A stretch of 63,961 bases of DNA from Candidatus Woesearchaeota archaeon (GCA_018302765.1 JAGVZG010000006.1:1-63961); one strand, 5' to 3'; shown: positions 37,512-47,541, counted from the stretch's first letter. Program-made: numbers and translations. Notes: generated by a model not told the origin, from the sequence alone.

Positions 37512-37693
37512 TGGTGGGCCTGGCCTGATTTGAACAGGCGACCTTTATCGGAATATAAAAATTCTCTCGATTTCGAGACCCCATCAAGAGAGCAGAGCTC
37601 TCATTTCTCACCTCCGAAGAGAGAGAATGGGATATCAGTCGAATGAGCAAACATTTACAGTTTAGTGCTCCAGCCAAGCTAAGCTACAGGCCC
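37512..37693 (-). tRNA. tRNA-Ile(GAT) with three introns: 27/28 (37643-37664, 22 nt), 37/38 (37572-37632, 61 nt), 43/44 (37545-37565, 21 nt); CCA encoded
   Basis: Acceptor GGGCCTG/CAGGCCC-ACCA and T arm GCCTG-TTCAAAT-CAGGC. Removing the introns gives stem CTCGA/TCGAG and loop CTGATAA. BHBs GAGC:GCTC and ATCG:CGAT are perfect. Confidence 0.9.
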
Positions 37694-37744
37694 ATTAATT
37701 TAAAAGGCTTGAATAATGTTTATAAAGATTTTGAAAAATAAAAA

Positions 37745-37853
37745 CGCCCTAGGCAAGACTCGAACTTGCGACCCCATGATCTCTGCTCAGAAAGTAACAG
37801 TTTCACAGGCCTTAAGTAGAACACATGTGCTCTACCTGCTGAGCTACTAGGGC
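37745..37853 (-). tRNA. tRNA-Asn(GTT) with two introns: 30/31 (37802-37823, 22 nt) and 37/38 (37781-37794, 14 nt)
   Basis: Acceptor GCCCTAG/CTAGGGC, T arm GCAAG-TTCGAGT-CTTGC, spliced stem CATGA/TCATG; BHB helices CACA:TGTG and CTGT:GCAG. Confidence 0.92.
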
Positions 37854-37974
37854 ATTCAAAAACAAAACATTCCAGATTATTTAAAAACCTTTCTACATAT
37901 AATACTAAAAATAAATAATTTTTCATTAAGAGAAAAATTTATAAGTAATATAACTACTTAAAAGTACTTACAAA

Positions 37975-38598
37975 ATGAAATCTAGATACTTAATAGCAAC
38001 AGTGTTAGCAAGTGGGTTAGCTGTATTTAATGCTAATAAAGCAAATGCTGTTGAAGGATCTGCAGAATTAATACTAGGAAATAATTCTTCTACATTAGAT
38101 ATTAAATTATCAGAAGATTTTACTAAAATATTTGGATTTTTTGGAAGAAATATAGCAAAAGTAGATCATAAAAATCAAGTTAGTAATTTTACAATTGTAG
38201 ATATAACAATGAAAGGATATAAAGGATTAGCCAGTGTTGCGGAATTTCAATATGATCAAGATATTGGATTAGTTCCAAGATTAGGAGCAGAATATTATTT
38301 CGAAAGAGGAAATTTCAATTTATTTTTATTAGCAACCGCAGGTATAAAAGAAGGCGATATACAAATAGTTACAAACTTACAATACACACCTAGAATTGTA
38401 GATAAAAAACAAATTTTTGGGAATTTAGAGGCAGTCACTGGTCTATCTAAAAATGGGCACGATTATAGTATTCAAAAGATAAGATTGGGATTAAAAATGG
38501 ATAGTAATATATTGGGTATTGGGCTAGAATTAAATGAAGATGGTAACGAAGGAGAAATTAGTTATAACCTTGGTCCATTTTATTTAAGAAAATTCTAA
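37975..38598 (+). CDS. Secreted beta-rich protein, outer-membrane beta-barrel-like
   Basis: Signal peptide ending KANA; repeated amphipathic strands (PRLGAEYYF, FNLFLLAT, KIRLGLK, LGIGLEL); terminal Phe. Confidence 0.6.
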   Translation: MKSRYLIATVLASGLAVFNANKANAVEGSAELILGNNSSTLDIKLSEDFTKIFGFFGRNIAKVDHKNQVSNFTIVDITMKGYKGLASVAEFQYDQDIGLVPRLGAEYYFERGNFNLFLLATAGIKEGDIQIVTNLQYTPRIVDKKQIFGNLEAVTGLSKNGHDYSIQKIRLGLKMDSNILGIGLELNEDGNEGEISYNLGPFYLRKF

Positions 38599-38638
38599 GA
38601 TGGAAAACATTTTATAGTAATAATAGCGAAATTTAGTG

Positions 38639-39382
38639 ATGAAATTTTCATTCCCAATAACATTTAAAACCTATATGGTGATAGTTCTATTTATCTTAAC
38701 AATAGTTGGAATAATAAAAAATGGAATATTTAATACAATCCCGCAATTAATAATTGCATTAGCAGCAACAACCATACTAGATGTTTCCATTAATTATATA
38801 AAAGAAAAAAAATTTGTTCTGCCGGATTCAGCAATAATTTCCGGTCTTTTTATTGCAACAGCATTAATGCTAAACTCAACTTGGTATACAACATTAATAG
38901 CTGGGGCAGTAGCAATTTTATCAAAACATATAATACAATTCAATGATAAACATATATTTAATCCTGCAGTATTTGGTTTATTTTTAGTGATTTTATTATT
39001 TAATGCAAAAATTGAATGGTGGGCTGCACAAATAACTTGGTTGGTAATAATTTTAGGTTTATTCATCTCATACAAAGTTAAAAGATTTCATATTACCATA
39101 CCTTATTTTCTAACAAGCATTACAATTTCTATCATATACAATTTAATTACAAAAAACCCCATAACAATTAGCACATTATTAATTAGTACAAATCTATTTT
39201 TTATGTTCTTTATGTTGGTAGAACCAATGACAGCACCAACAAATATTAAATGTGGAATAATATATAGTATAATAGCTGCTATATTTTCATTCTTAATATT
39301 AACATTTATGCCAAGATTTGAACCTTCAATACTTGCATTAGTATTAGTAGATCTATTTGTTCCATTTTTAAACAAAATATAA
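38639..39382 (+). CDS. RnfD/NqrB-family membrane protein (stand-alone)
   Basis: DSAIISGLFIATAL, AILSKHII, HIFNPAVFG, MLVEPMTAP; multiple TM segments. Confidence 0.8.
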   Translation: MKFSFPITFKTYMVIVLFILTIVGIIKNGIFNTIPQLIIALAATTILDVSINYIKEKKFVLPDSAIISGLFIATALMLNSTWYTTLIAGAVAILSKHIIQFNDKHIFNPAVFGLFLVILLFNAKIEWWAAQITWLVIILGLFISYKVKRFHITIPYFLTSITISIIYNLITKNPITISTLLISTNLFFMFFMLVEPMTAPTNIKCGIIYSIIAAIFSFLILTFMPRFEPSILALVLVDLFVPFLNKI

Positions 39383-39416
39383 TTAAATTTATATAATAAA
39401 AATAAATACAATAACT

Positions 39417-39693
39417 ATGGTAAAAGAAGTAAGAGTATCACATATTCTATTAGGAAGCCAAGAAAAAGCTCAAGAATTATTAAATAAAATTAAAGCAAGT
39501 TATAATTTTAAAAAATAGCAATAGAAGAATCAAAATGTCCTAGTAAGAAAAAAGGGGAGATTTAGGTTGGTTTACAAGAGGAAAAATGGTTAGAGAATTT
39601 GAAAACGCAGCTTTCTCTGCAAAGAAAAATGAATTAGTTATTGTAAAAACTCAATTTGGTTGGCATATAATTAAAAAAACTGATGAAAAATAA
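39417..39693 (+). pseudogene. ppiC: Parvulin-type peptidyl-prolyl isomerase (PpiC), two frameshifts
   Basis: Reconstructed VRVSHILL...[29 protein letters not shown]...[11 protein letters not shown]. Single-base losses in A6 (39510-39515) and G4 (39554-39557). Confidence 0.85.
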
Positions 39694-40573
39694 AATACTT
39701 CTAAATAAAATAAAGGAAGAATTTCCAAAATTAAAAATAATAAAATATAAAATAATTGAAAAGGGTTGGGATAATTCTGTGTTATTAATAAATAATAAAT
39801 ATATTTTCAGGTTTCCAAGAAATAAAGAAAATTTAAGTCATTTTAAAAGTGAATTATCCATTCTAAAAGAATTAAATAAAATATCAAAAATAAAATTGCC
39901 AGATTATATTTTTATATCTAAAGAAAGATCTTTCGGAGGCTACAAATTAATAGAAGGCTTTGATTTTACTAAAAGGGTTTTTAATAAATTGAATAATAAA
40001 GAATATATTGCAAAACAATTAGCTCATTTTCTTTCAATACTTCATAATTTCCCAATTAAGAAAGCAAGAAAATCAGGATTTTCAGAAACCATAAACTACA
40101 ATATAGAAGGAAGAAGAAAAGAATTTGAAGAAAGAAAAAGGATTTATTTCTCTACACTTTCTAAAGAAGAAGTAAAATGTGTAGTTAAATATCATGAAAT
40201 ATTCTTTTCTCTAAATTCAAAATTTAAAAAAGTAATAAGGCATGGTGACTTAGTAGAAGACCATATATTAGTAAATGTAAAAAATAATAAAATAAATGGG
40301 ATTATTGACTTTGGAGATACAAATATTGGAGACCCAGCAGCTGACTTTGCTTATTTTTATACATTTGATAAAGAATTTGTAAATAAAATTTATAAAAACT
40401 ATAAAGGCCCAAAAGATAAGAATTTTCTACTACGTGCTAAATATTATAGATATCAAATATCAATGAATAACGCATATTACGGAGTTATAAATAAAGATAA
40501 GAAATTATTAAATAAGGGATTAAAAGATATTAATAAATTAACAAAAGAGAATTTTTATAAAAATTTAATCTAA
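39683..40573 (+). CDS. Aminoglycoside phosphotransferase family protein
   Basis: [38 protein letters not shown]. Confidence 0.9.
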   Translation: MKNKILLNKIKEEFPKLKIIKYKIIEKGWDNSVLLINNKYIFRFPRNKENLSHFKSELSILKELNKISKIKLPDYIFISKERSFGGYKLIEGFDFTKRVFNKLNNKEYIAKQLAHFLSILHNFPIKKARKSGFSETINYNIEGRRKEFEERKRIYFSTLSKEEVKCVVKYHEIFFSLNSKFKKVIRHGDLVEDHILVNVKNNKINGIIDFGDTNIGDPAADFAYFYTFDKEFVNKIYKNYKGPKDKNFLLRAKYYRYQISMNNAYYGVINKDKKLLNKGLKDINKLTKENFYKNLI

Positions 40574-41656
40574 AAATTCTTTATTTTTGATTTTGTCAGG
40601 TAAATATTTTTCAGATACAAAACTTATATCTCTTGCACTCAAGGCTTGAATTTCAACTTTAGCCTTAAATTCCTTCATCATCTTAAATTGTCTCTGCCAA
40701 GCTTTATTATCTTTAAACCAATCATATTCACTAACTTGTTTTATTCTTGCATAATCTTTCTCATCCAATTTAATAAAATGCTTCTTCAAGTCATATTTTT
40801 CTACATCGTCCATAGTTATACCTATATATTTTACTCCAGGTATTGTTAACCTTTCAGAAGCGTGAGCTAAAGCTATAGAACCATATTTAATTACAGAGTA
40901 AATGTACGCACCATAAATATCTCCATCGCATAAAACATAAATTGGTAATTCATATTCTTCATATAATCTCTGTAACAACCTTCTTATTCCCCTAGTAGTC
41001 TGTCCCTGTGAAGAAATAATTATTGCATTATTCTTAGCCCAATATTTATCTTCATTTAACCTTTCCCAAACAGCAGCCTTCTCCATATAAATTATATATT
41101 TAGCTTCAACTTTTTTGAATTTAATATTTTCTACATTGGAAGGTATAGCCCAACCACCGCTGCCTAATCTCGACCAGTCAATAATATCCCCCTTATCTTC
41201 AATTATAACTTTTCCTGCAACGCTCCCATTCTTATTGGCATTTACATGTAATTCCTCTCTCGACAGTCCAGTTATAACTTCTAAATCTTCAATAGCCTTG
41301 TCGCTTTCAGTCTGCTCATCAACTAAATTAACATTAGTTCCTGGAATTGTTCTCTTAGTCATGTAAAAAACATCTCTAAGGCTAGAATGTTTTCCAGAAC
41401 CCAAAAGCTTGTCTTTAATTACTGCTGCGACCTCAACAGTCTGCAAGAATTTCTTAGCATGAGCAACATTGAAAAAAGATCTAGTGCCCATTTTATCACC
41501 TAATTTCAAAGTTTTACTTTTGGAATCATAAACAATATTGCTCAAATTTCTCAAAGGAAAAGTTATTTCAGGATTTTTTCCTTTATTTATTTGATATATC
41601 AATTTATCACCAAGTTCTTTCAATGCTTTTTTTGGATCTTCTTTTTTAAACACCAT
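40565..41656 (-). CDS. top6A: DNA topoisomerase VI subunit A
   Basis: LRDVFYM catalytic Tyr, [34 protein letters not shown]. Confidence 0.97.
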   Translation of the reverse strand: MVFKKEDPKKALKELGDKLIYQINKGKNPEITFPLRNLSNIVYDSKSKTLKLGDKMGTRSFFNVAHAKKFLQTVEVAAVIKDKLLGSGKHSSLRDVFYMTKRTIPGTNVNLVDEQTESDKAIEDLEVITGLSREELHVNANKNGSVAGKVIIEDKGDIIDWSRLGSGGWAIPSNVENIKFKKVEAKYIIYMEKAAVWERLNEDKYWAKNNAIIISSQGQTTRGIRRLLQRLYEEYELPIYVLCDGDIYGAYIYSVIKYGSIALAHASERLTIPGVKYIGITMDDVEKYDLKKHFIKLDEKDYARIKQVSEYDWFKDNKAWQRQFKMMKEFKAKVEIQALSARDISFVSEKYLPDKIKNKEFLD

Positions 41657-43301
41657 CTAATTCACCTAAAGTACTCTGTTTTTCTCCAAATGCAACATTC
41701 TTTCCCTTTATTTCTGTTTTTTCAGCTTCTTTAACTTCTGCTAACAATTCCTTAAGTCCTTTTTTTAAAACCTTCTGCAGTGCCTCTTCAATTAATGTCT
41801 TTTTCTCACCACTCAAACCACTCAAGGCAGAAGCCAATTCTGGAATATATTTTTCAAATAAATTAACTCTTTCCTGCTGTTCTCTGGCTTTTACAGTTTT
41901 TCTAATGTAAGAAGCCATTTGTCTACCAGCTTCCTGTAAAGCCAACTTCATTTCTTTGATTATTTCAGGATAATGAGCAATAGCTTCCTTAGCTTCAGAA
42001 GTAAAAGGAACCCAAACACTATTCATATGAATAACAATAACAACAGGACCAACAGGAATGCTTTCTTTACTCTGGTTCAATCCATAACTTTTCCATGCAG
42101 TATCAATTATGGCTTCAGTTGTTGCACAGGCACCTTGCTGATATAATAAAGGAACCCTATTTGCAAACCTCATAATCTTAACATGTTCCTCTTTTTCTAA
42201 ACTTCCGCCATATGCTAATGCAACTTCAATTAAAAATGGATTTCCCCTATAAACACTAGGAGGCCTTGTGGCTGCACAATAAAATTCTGCATTTATTTCT
42301 TTTTTCAAACCTTTGATTGAAGCTTCTTCTCCTAAAGGACTTAAACAATCTGTAGGAGGGGCAATTATTTTAGTACTCTGAATAGTATTATATAAAACCT
42401 CAGCTTCATCCCTTGCAATAGTGCTAGGTCTTGCTCTTGGATTTACTTTTGCTTTTTCGCAAATTTCACTAGCTAATTGTGGACTTATCCTTGAAAAATC
42501 ATTATGTAAAAAAATTGATATAGTTCCTGCCTTAGTACTTTGGAGCATTCTAATTAACACACCCAATTCAACGCCATAAGGATGTGGTTTAATCTCTTTA
42601 GCCTCTTTAGGAAGATCAGTTACTCCCCTTGCATAAGTTAAAGTTTCTTTTTCAGGGGTTTTATATATAATTTGAGCATGAGGATTAATCAACGCAATTT
42701 CTTTTATATACTCGTCAGCACTTTGTTTTCCTTTTTGATAAGTACCTTGTAACTCAATCTCAATTCTAGTTCCATGTTCTCTTTTCCATTCAACAGTTTT
42801 ATCTTCTCTTATTATTGGCTCATTTCTTTGTGTATCTAAATGAATTTCAAAATAATGTGCTTGATGTTTTGGACCTATTCTAGAAGTAACGTGCATTCCT
42901 TTTCCAGTTGTTAATTGACCATACAATAATACAGCACTAATACCAATTCCTTGCTGTCCTCTTGAACACCTCAACCTATGAAATTTACTACCATATAAAA
43001 GCTTACCAAATATTTTTGGAATTTGTTCTTTCACAATACCAGGACCATTATCTTCAACTATAACTTTAAATCTATCTTCTTTAATTTGCTGCAGCTCTAC
43101 ATATATTTCAGGCAAAATTCTAGCTTCTTCACATGCATCTAAAGAATTATCTACTGCCTCTTTCACAGCCATTAGTAATGCTTTCCTAGGATTATCAAAA
43201 CCAAGTAAATGCCTGTTTTTTGCAAAGAACTCAGAAACTGAAATCTCTCTTTGTTTTTCTGCTAATTCATGAGCTTTTGTTCTCTCAGCCATCTTTTTCA
43301 A
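41646..43301 (-). CDS. top6B: DNA topoisomerase VI subunit B
   Basis: [33 protein letters not shown] motifs, [10 protein letters not shown]. Confidence 0.98.
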   Translation of the reverse strand: MKKMAERTKAHELAEKQREISVSEFFAKNRHLLGFDNPRKALLMAVKEAVDNSLDACEEARILPEIYVELQQIKEDRFKVIVEDNGPGIVKEQIPKIFGKLLYGSKFHRLRCSRGQQGIGISAVLLYGQLTTGKGMHVTSRIGPKHQAHYFEIHLDTQRNEPIIREDKTVEWKREHGTRIEIELQGTYQKGKQSADEYIKEIALINPHAQIIYKTPEKETLTYARGVTDLPKEAKEIKPHPYGVELGVLIRMLQSTKAGTISIFLHNDFSRISPQLASEICEKAKVNPRARPSTIARDEAEVLYNTIQSTKIIAPPTDCLSPLGEEASIKGLKKEINAEFYCAATRPPSVYRGNPFLIEVALAYGGSLEKEEHVKIMRFANRVPLLYQQGACATTEAIIDTAWKSYGLNQSKESIPVGPVVIVIHMNSVWVPFTSEAKEAIAHYPEIIKEMKLALQEAGRQMASYIRKTVKAREQQERVNLFEKYIPELASALSGLSGEKKTLIEEALQKVLKKGLKELLAEVKEAEKTEIKGKNVAFGEKQSTLGELDGV

Positions 43302-43393
43302 ATTGCCTCAAGATAACTTACTTATAAATTTTGCTACAAATATTTTATTAAAATTCCAAGAAATTTATAAACAAATAATTATTCAAAAATTGA

Positions 43394-44419
43394 ATGTCTG
43401 ATCAAACAAAAGATATTGAAGAACTAAGAAATCAAATAAAAGTCATGGAGGTATTCCAAAACTTCCTGATTAATATAAATAAAAAATTAGAAATAAAAGA
43501 CCTGGCAAATTATCTAATAAGTTTCCTAAAACAGTCATTTGGTGTTAAATATTGCTCTATAATAATAGAAAACGAAAGATATTCATTAGATCCAATAAAT
43601 GATAAAAAAATAATTGAAACAGAAAACAGAGTAATAAAGGAAATCGAAAACAACAAAGAGTTAATTTTATTAAAAAATATAAGAAATGACACTTTGGTTC
43701 ATTATATAAAAAATGAACATGATCTAGCATTAATTTCTATACCCGTACTATTGGAAAATAAGATAATATCTATTTTAAATATATACGATGAATTAAAAAA
43801 TATAAATAAGAAATCAGTAGAATTATTAAATTATTTCTTGAATAAGGCATCGCCAGCAATATGCAACTCAATATCCCATAATAAAATAAAAATAAAAAGC
43901 TATACGGACGACTTAACTTCTTTATACAAAAGGGATTATTTCTTTGAAAGGTTAATGTATGAAATAACCAACATGAACAAATATATATCTATTATGATGG
44001 TAGACATTGATTATTTTAAAAATTACAATGATAAAAACGGTCATCAATTAGGTGATTATTTATTAAAAGAAATATCTTTATTGTTTAAAAGCAATTTAAG
44101 AGATAAAGACTTAACCTGTAGGTATGGTGGAGAAGAATTTATTATAGCTCTTCCTGAAACAGATAGTGCTAGTGCTTTAATAATTGCTGAAAGATTAAGA
44201 ATGAATATAGAAAATCATAACTTTAAATTAAAAGAAAATCAGCCAGAAAAAAAAGTAACTATCTCTATTGGTTTAGTAACTACAATAACAAAAGAGATTG
44301 ATATTAGTGAAATTGTAAAAGAAGCAGATAAAAACTTATACAAATCAAAAAGAAGTGGAAGAAATAAAATAACTCATTCAATTATTATAAATAAAAATCT
44401 AAGTGGAGACTATTTTTAA
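43394..44419 (+). CDS. GAF-GGDEF diguanylate cyclase
   Basis: GAF-like region (LISIPVLLENKIISILNI), DDLTSLYKR, DIDYFKNYND..GHQLGD, RDKD I-site, RYGGEEF, TISIG, AD..LY.SK.SGRN. Confidence 0.93.
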   Translation: MSDQTKDIEELRNQIKVMEVFQNFLININKKLEIKDLANYLISFLKQSFGVKYCSIIIENERYSLDPINDKKIIETENRVIKEIENNKELILLKNIRNDTLVHYIKNEHDLALISIPVLLENKIISILNIYDELKNINKKSVELLNYFLNKASPAICNSISHNKIKIKSYTDDLTSLYKRDYFFERLMYEITNMNKYISIMMVDIDYFKNYNDKNGHQLGDYLLKEISLLFKSNLRDKDLTCRYGGEEFIIALPETDSASALIIAERLRMNIENHNFKLKENQPEKKVTISIGLVTTITKEIDISEIVKEADKNLYKSKRSGRNKITHSIIINKNLSGDYF

Positions 44420-44962
44420 TTTAGGCCATTTTTCTTTCCATTTTTTAGTTTTTAATCTTTTTATATAAACTTCCTTATGATTTATAGATAAAGGATTAAG
44501 TTTAATAGTTAAATTAATTAAATCTCTAATTCCCTGTGGGGCAGTAAAAACTAATTTATTCTCATCTAATTTAACACCAATACAAGTTGCAGTTTCATTA
44601 AATCTAGCTAATCCATCCTCAGCACATTTGTAAGGTTTACCAGATTCATTTTTCCAATACCACATCCTAGCTTGATTAGTAACAGACCATTTAACTTTAG
44701 AATATTTTTTCTTTAATTTTCTTTGTAAGTTTTCTTCAGTTTTTTCAGATAAATCTTTACTATCAAAATAAATTATATCAGTATCATTTAATTTAGTTCT
44801 TTTTTTATATTCATGTAAGTAATCAAATACTTTATTTCTAACAAACCCAGCACCAATCCACCAATCAGGTAAATTAAGATCTTTAACTATTTTAAGAATA
44901 TTCATCATCCACTTGTCTTTTTTAATTAAATTTAAAATATCTTGTTTAGTTTTTAGTTTCAT
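44399..44962 (-). CDS. Nucleotidyltransferase family protein (DUF925-like)
   Basis: WWIGAGFVRNKVFD, DTDIIYFD, WSVTNQARM, FNETAT. Confidence 0.85.
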   Translation of the reverse strand: MKLKTKQDILNLIKKDKWMMNILKIVKDLNLPDWWIGAGFVRNKVFDYLHEYKKRTKLNDTDIIYFDSKDLSEKTEENLQRKLKKKYSKVKWSVTNQARMWYWKNESGKPYKCAEDGLARFNETATCIGVKLDENKLVFTAPQGIRDLINLTIKLNPLSINHKEVYIKRLKTKKWKEKWPKLKIVST

Positions 44963-44963
44963 T

Positions 44964-45497
44964 TTAATACATCTTATGTTTAATTTCTTTTCTATGCTTC
45001 TCCAGCCAAGCATAAACAGTTGTGTGCCTGCTCCCGCTTAGCAAACTCTCAAATGCCTTTCTGGCTAAAGCAACGCCTTCAAAATTACCAATAATTGATA
45101 TGGTTTTGCCATAAATAACAACCTTTGTACTTGTCAGTTCTTCTATCGTTCTCCTTGCCTTTCCTCCGGTGCCAATGACTCTAGCTCTTACTCTAATTAA
45201 GTTTGACTTTGAACCACCAACATACTGCTCTATATCTACAACTTCCAGATAATTAGATTCATCCAATAAGTTCATAGCAACATCAGGATTAAATCCCCTT
45301 CCAATTGCCTTAACAATATTTTGAGCTGTCAACAAAGACAAGCTATCATCTCCTTTTAGCAAGACATCGCCTTCTCTAGAATCAACAGTTATTTTTATAC
45401 CTAGAGCTTTGGCTACTTTGTTTTTCACATTTCCTTTAACTCCAACCAAAACAGCAACCCTTTCCTTTGGTATTTTAACTTCATAACCAAATTCCAT
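44964..45497 (-). CDS. KH-domain pre-rRNA processing protein Dim2/Pno1
   Basis: RVAVLVG, KAIGRGFNP, RVIGTGGKARRTIEE. Confidence 0.93.
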   Translation of the reverse strand: MEFGYEVKIPKERVAVLVGVKGNVKNKVAKALGIKITVDSREGDVLLKGDDSLSLLTAQNIVKAIGRGFNPDVAMNLLDESNYLEVVDIEQYVGGSKSNLIRVRARVIGTGGKARRTIEELTSTKVVIYGKTISIIGNFEGVALARKAFESLLSGSRHTTVYAWLEKHRKEIKHKMY

Positions 45498-45538
45498 GAA
45501 TAAAATAAAAAAAGAGATTTTATAAACATTGTTAAAAA

Positions 45539-46240
45539 TTATCTCTTAAGGTTTTTCAAAATGTTTTCAATATCTACATCCAACCCAAGTTTGCTAAAAT
45601 ACTTTTTTAAATTTTTAATATCTCTATCTAATAATTCTTGCATTCCTGAATAGTCTAATTTTACACCATGGCTTAAGTCTATAATATAAGGGGTATCATT
45701 ATAATTTAGTATATTAAATTCACTTAAATCACCATGAATAAAACCAGACTTATAAAAAATAGTCAAATTATTAATTAGTTCTTTAATAAATTTCTTAACA
45801 TTTTTAGGAGGTTTATCTTTTAATCTTGGAGCAGGTTCATTATTTTTACCTATTAACTCCATAACTAAAATATTATCCATTACAGCATAAGGCACAGGCA
45901 CTCTAGCGCCTGCTTGATTAGCAATTAATAAATTTCTATATTCTCTCTGTGCCCAAGCAAATACAACTTTTCTCCTTTGATTACTTAAACCCTTGAACCT
46001 TGGATCACATCCTATATATTTATACATCCTCTTAAAGTCTGCAGTATTTATCCTATAAATTTTAACAACTACATAAGTTCCGTCCTTTTTAATAGCTGTA
46101 AAAACATTACTTTCTTTGCCAATGCTGATAGGACTTTTTAGTTCTTCAAAATATCCTTCACTCTCTAACTTGAACAATACTCTCAAAGTTTTTTCATCAA
46201 ATACATTTTTATAAGTCTTGAATTTTTCTTTGGTTGGCAT
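45539..46240 (-). CDS. rio1: RIO1 Ser/Thr kinase
   Basis: ISIGKESNVF, WAQREYRNL, HGDLSEFNIL, IIDLSH. Confidence 0.95.
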   Translation of the reverse strand: MPTKEKFKTYKNVFDEKTLRVLFKLESEGYFEELKSPISIGKESNVFTAIKKDGTYVVVKIYRINTADFKRMYKYIGCDPRFKGLSNQRRKVVFAWAQREYRNLLIANQAGARVPVPYAVMDNILVMELIGKNNEPAPRLKDKPPKNVKKFIKELINNLTIFYKSGFIHGDLSEFNILNYNDTPYIIDLSHGVKLDYSGMQELLDRDIKNLKKYFSKLGLDVDIENILKNLKR

Positions 46241-46292
46241 AGGATAATTAAAACCAGAAACATATATAAACATTAGTAAGCCTGTATAAAAT

Positions 46293-46613
46293 ATGTCAGC
46301 AGAAGATGCAATAGCTTCATTAAAGCAAATAGATATTAAAGAAATAAATTCTGAATGTTCTAAATATAATTTAAACCTAAGAGTTGATGAATATGCTAAA
46401 AGAAAATTTGAAACTGCGTTGAGAACAGCTTATCTTTTAGTTACACAACCAATTGAAATTGCAATTTCTAGACAAACAAAAATGGATTCTATGCAATCAA
46501 TAAAAGAAATGAAAAAAGTATTTGATTCACTATACTTAGTAACTAAAGATTCTAAATATAAAAGTTACATCAATGGTTTAAACGAAGTAATGTCTAATAG
46601 TAAACTAAAGTGA
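46293..46613 (+). CDS. Hypothetical protein
   Basis: 106-aa helical ORF. Confidence 0.5.
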   Translation: MSAEDAIASLKQIDIKEINSECSKYNLNLRVDEYAKRKFETALRTAYLLVTQPIEIAISRQTKMDSMQSIKEMKKVFDSLYLVTKDSKYKSYINGLNEVMSNSKLK

Positions 46614-46814
46614 AATAGAAATATCATTTACAGAAGCATTATTATTTCTAAATAAAATTGAATGCCTTCTAGTCAAAAGAACATCATCTATTCCTTTACT
46701 ATTGACTACAAGCATACAATAATAATATTCAATTTGTTTCTTTTTATCTTTTACATGAATCATTAAATCAACATTGACCATAAAAATTTAAACAATTTAA
46801 TAATTAATAAATCT

Positions 46815-47183
46815 TTAGAATTCTTCAAATGTTTCCATTTCTTTCAAATAACCTTTTCTTCTTAGCCAGTCAACTTGATTTGATTTATATTTAAAAATTA
46901 CATCACCTTTTTCATCACCGCCAAGCTCCCAAGGTTCTATTAATAATAAATCACCTTCTCTAACCCATAACTTTTTCTTTAGTCTCCCAGGAACTCTGCA
47001 TATTCTTATTTTTCCATCTAGGCATCTAACCCTCATTCTGCTTCCGCCAAGCCTTTGCTCTAATATACCAAAAGTTTGCTTGCCTCTAGGAAGCTTTACT
47101 CTTCCAACATCTAACTGTTGTTCTTCACTCTGTTCTGTATTAACACTCTGCTCTTCTCCAAATTCATCAAACTCATCTGGCAT
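46815..47183 (-). CDS. eif1a: Translation initiation factor aIF-1A
   Basis: LGGSRMRVRCLDGKIRICRVPGRLKKKLWVREGD. Confidence 0.97.
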   Translation of the reverse strand: MPDEFDEFGEEQSVNTEQSEEQQLDVGRVKLPRGKQTFGILEQRLGGSRMRVRCLDGKIRICRVPGRLKKKLWVREGDLLLIEPWELGGDEKGDVIFKYKSNQVDWLRRKGYLKEMETFEEF

Positions 47184-47214
47184 AGAAAAACAAACCAAAC
47201 AAAGATATTTAAAA

Positions 47215-47541
47215 CTATTTATTAGAATTTAGTCTAAATAAAACTGTAGCTCTATAAACTAATCTGCTAGTCATCTTATGTCTTCCATAGAGGCTCTTAG
47301 TAATTGTAACCTCAGCATCTTTATATTTTCTCTTTAACTGTGCAGCCAATGTACCTCTAGCAAATTTTTGATTTGTGATATAAACATCACAACCTGTTTT
47401 TAGTTCATTTATTTTAGAAACTTTTACATCATTCCTATTTTCTATTAAATCTAAAACAAAACCAAGAACTTCATTGTTTGCAGGTCTTATCTGTAAAATA
47501 GCTTCATAGTATTCTGCATGTTTTTCATTATTTTTATTCAT
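47215..47541 (-). CDS. NMD3-family protein (short form)
   Basis: YYEAILQIR, GCDVYI, KSLYGR...VYRATVLFR. Confidence 0.75.
   Translation of the reverse strand: MNKNNEKHAEYYEAILQIRPANNEVLGFVLDLIENRNDVKVSKINELKTGCDVYITNQKFARGTLAAQLKRKYKDAEVTITKSLYGRHKMTSRLVYRATVLFRLNSNK

Noticed and set aside
37477-37926. ORFs 37477-37677 and 37720-37926
   Set aside because: They overlap tRNA-Ile and tRNA-Asn on the same strand and are spurious translations.
46613-46770. 52-codon minus-strand ORF (MIHVKDKKK...)
   Set aside because: No recognisable motif; too short to support.
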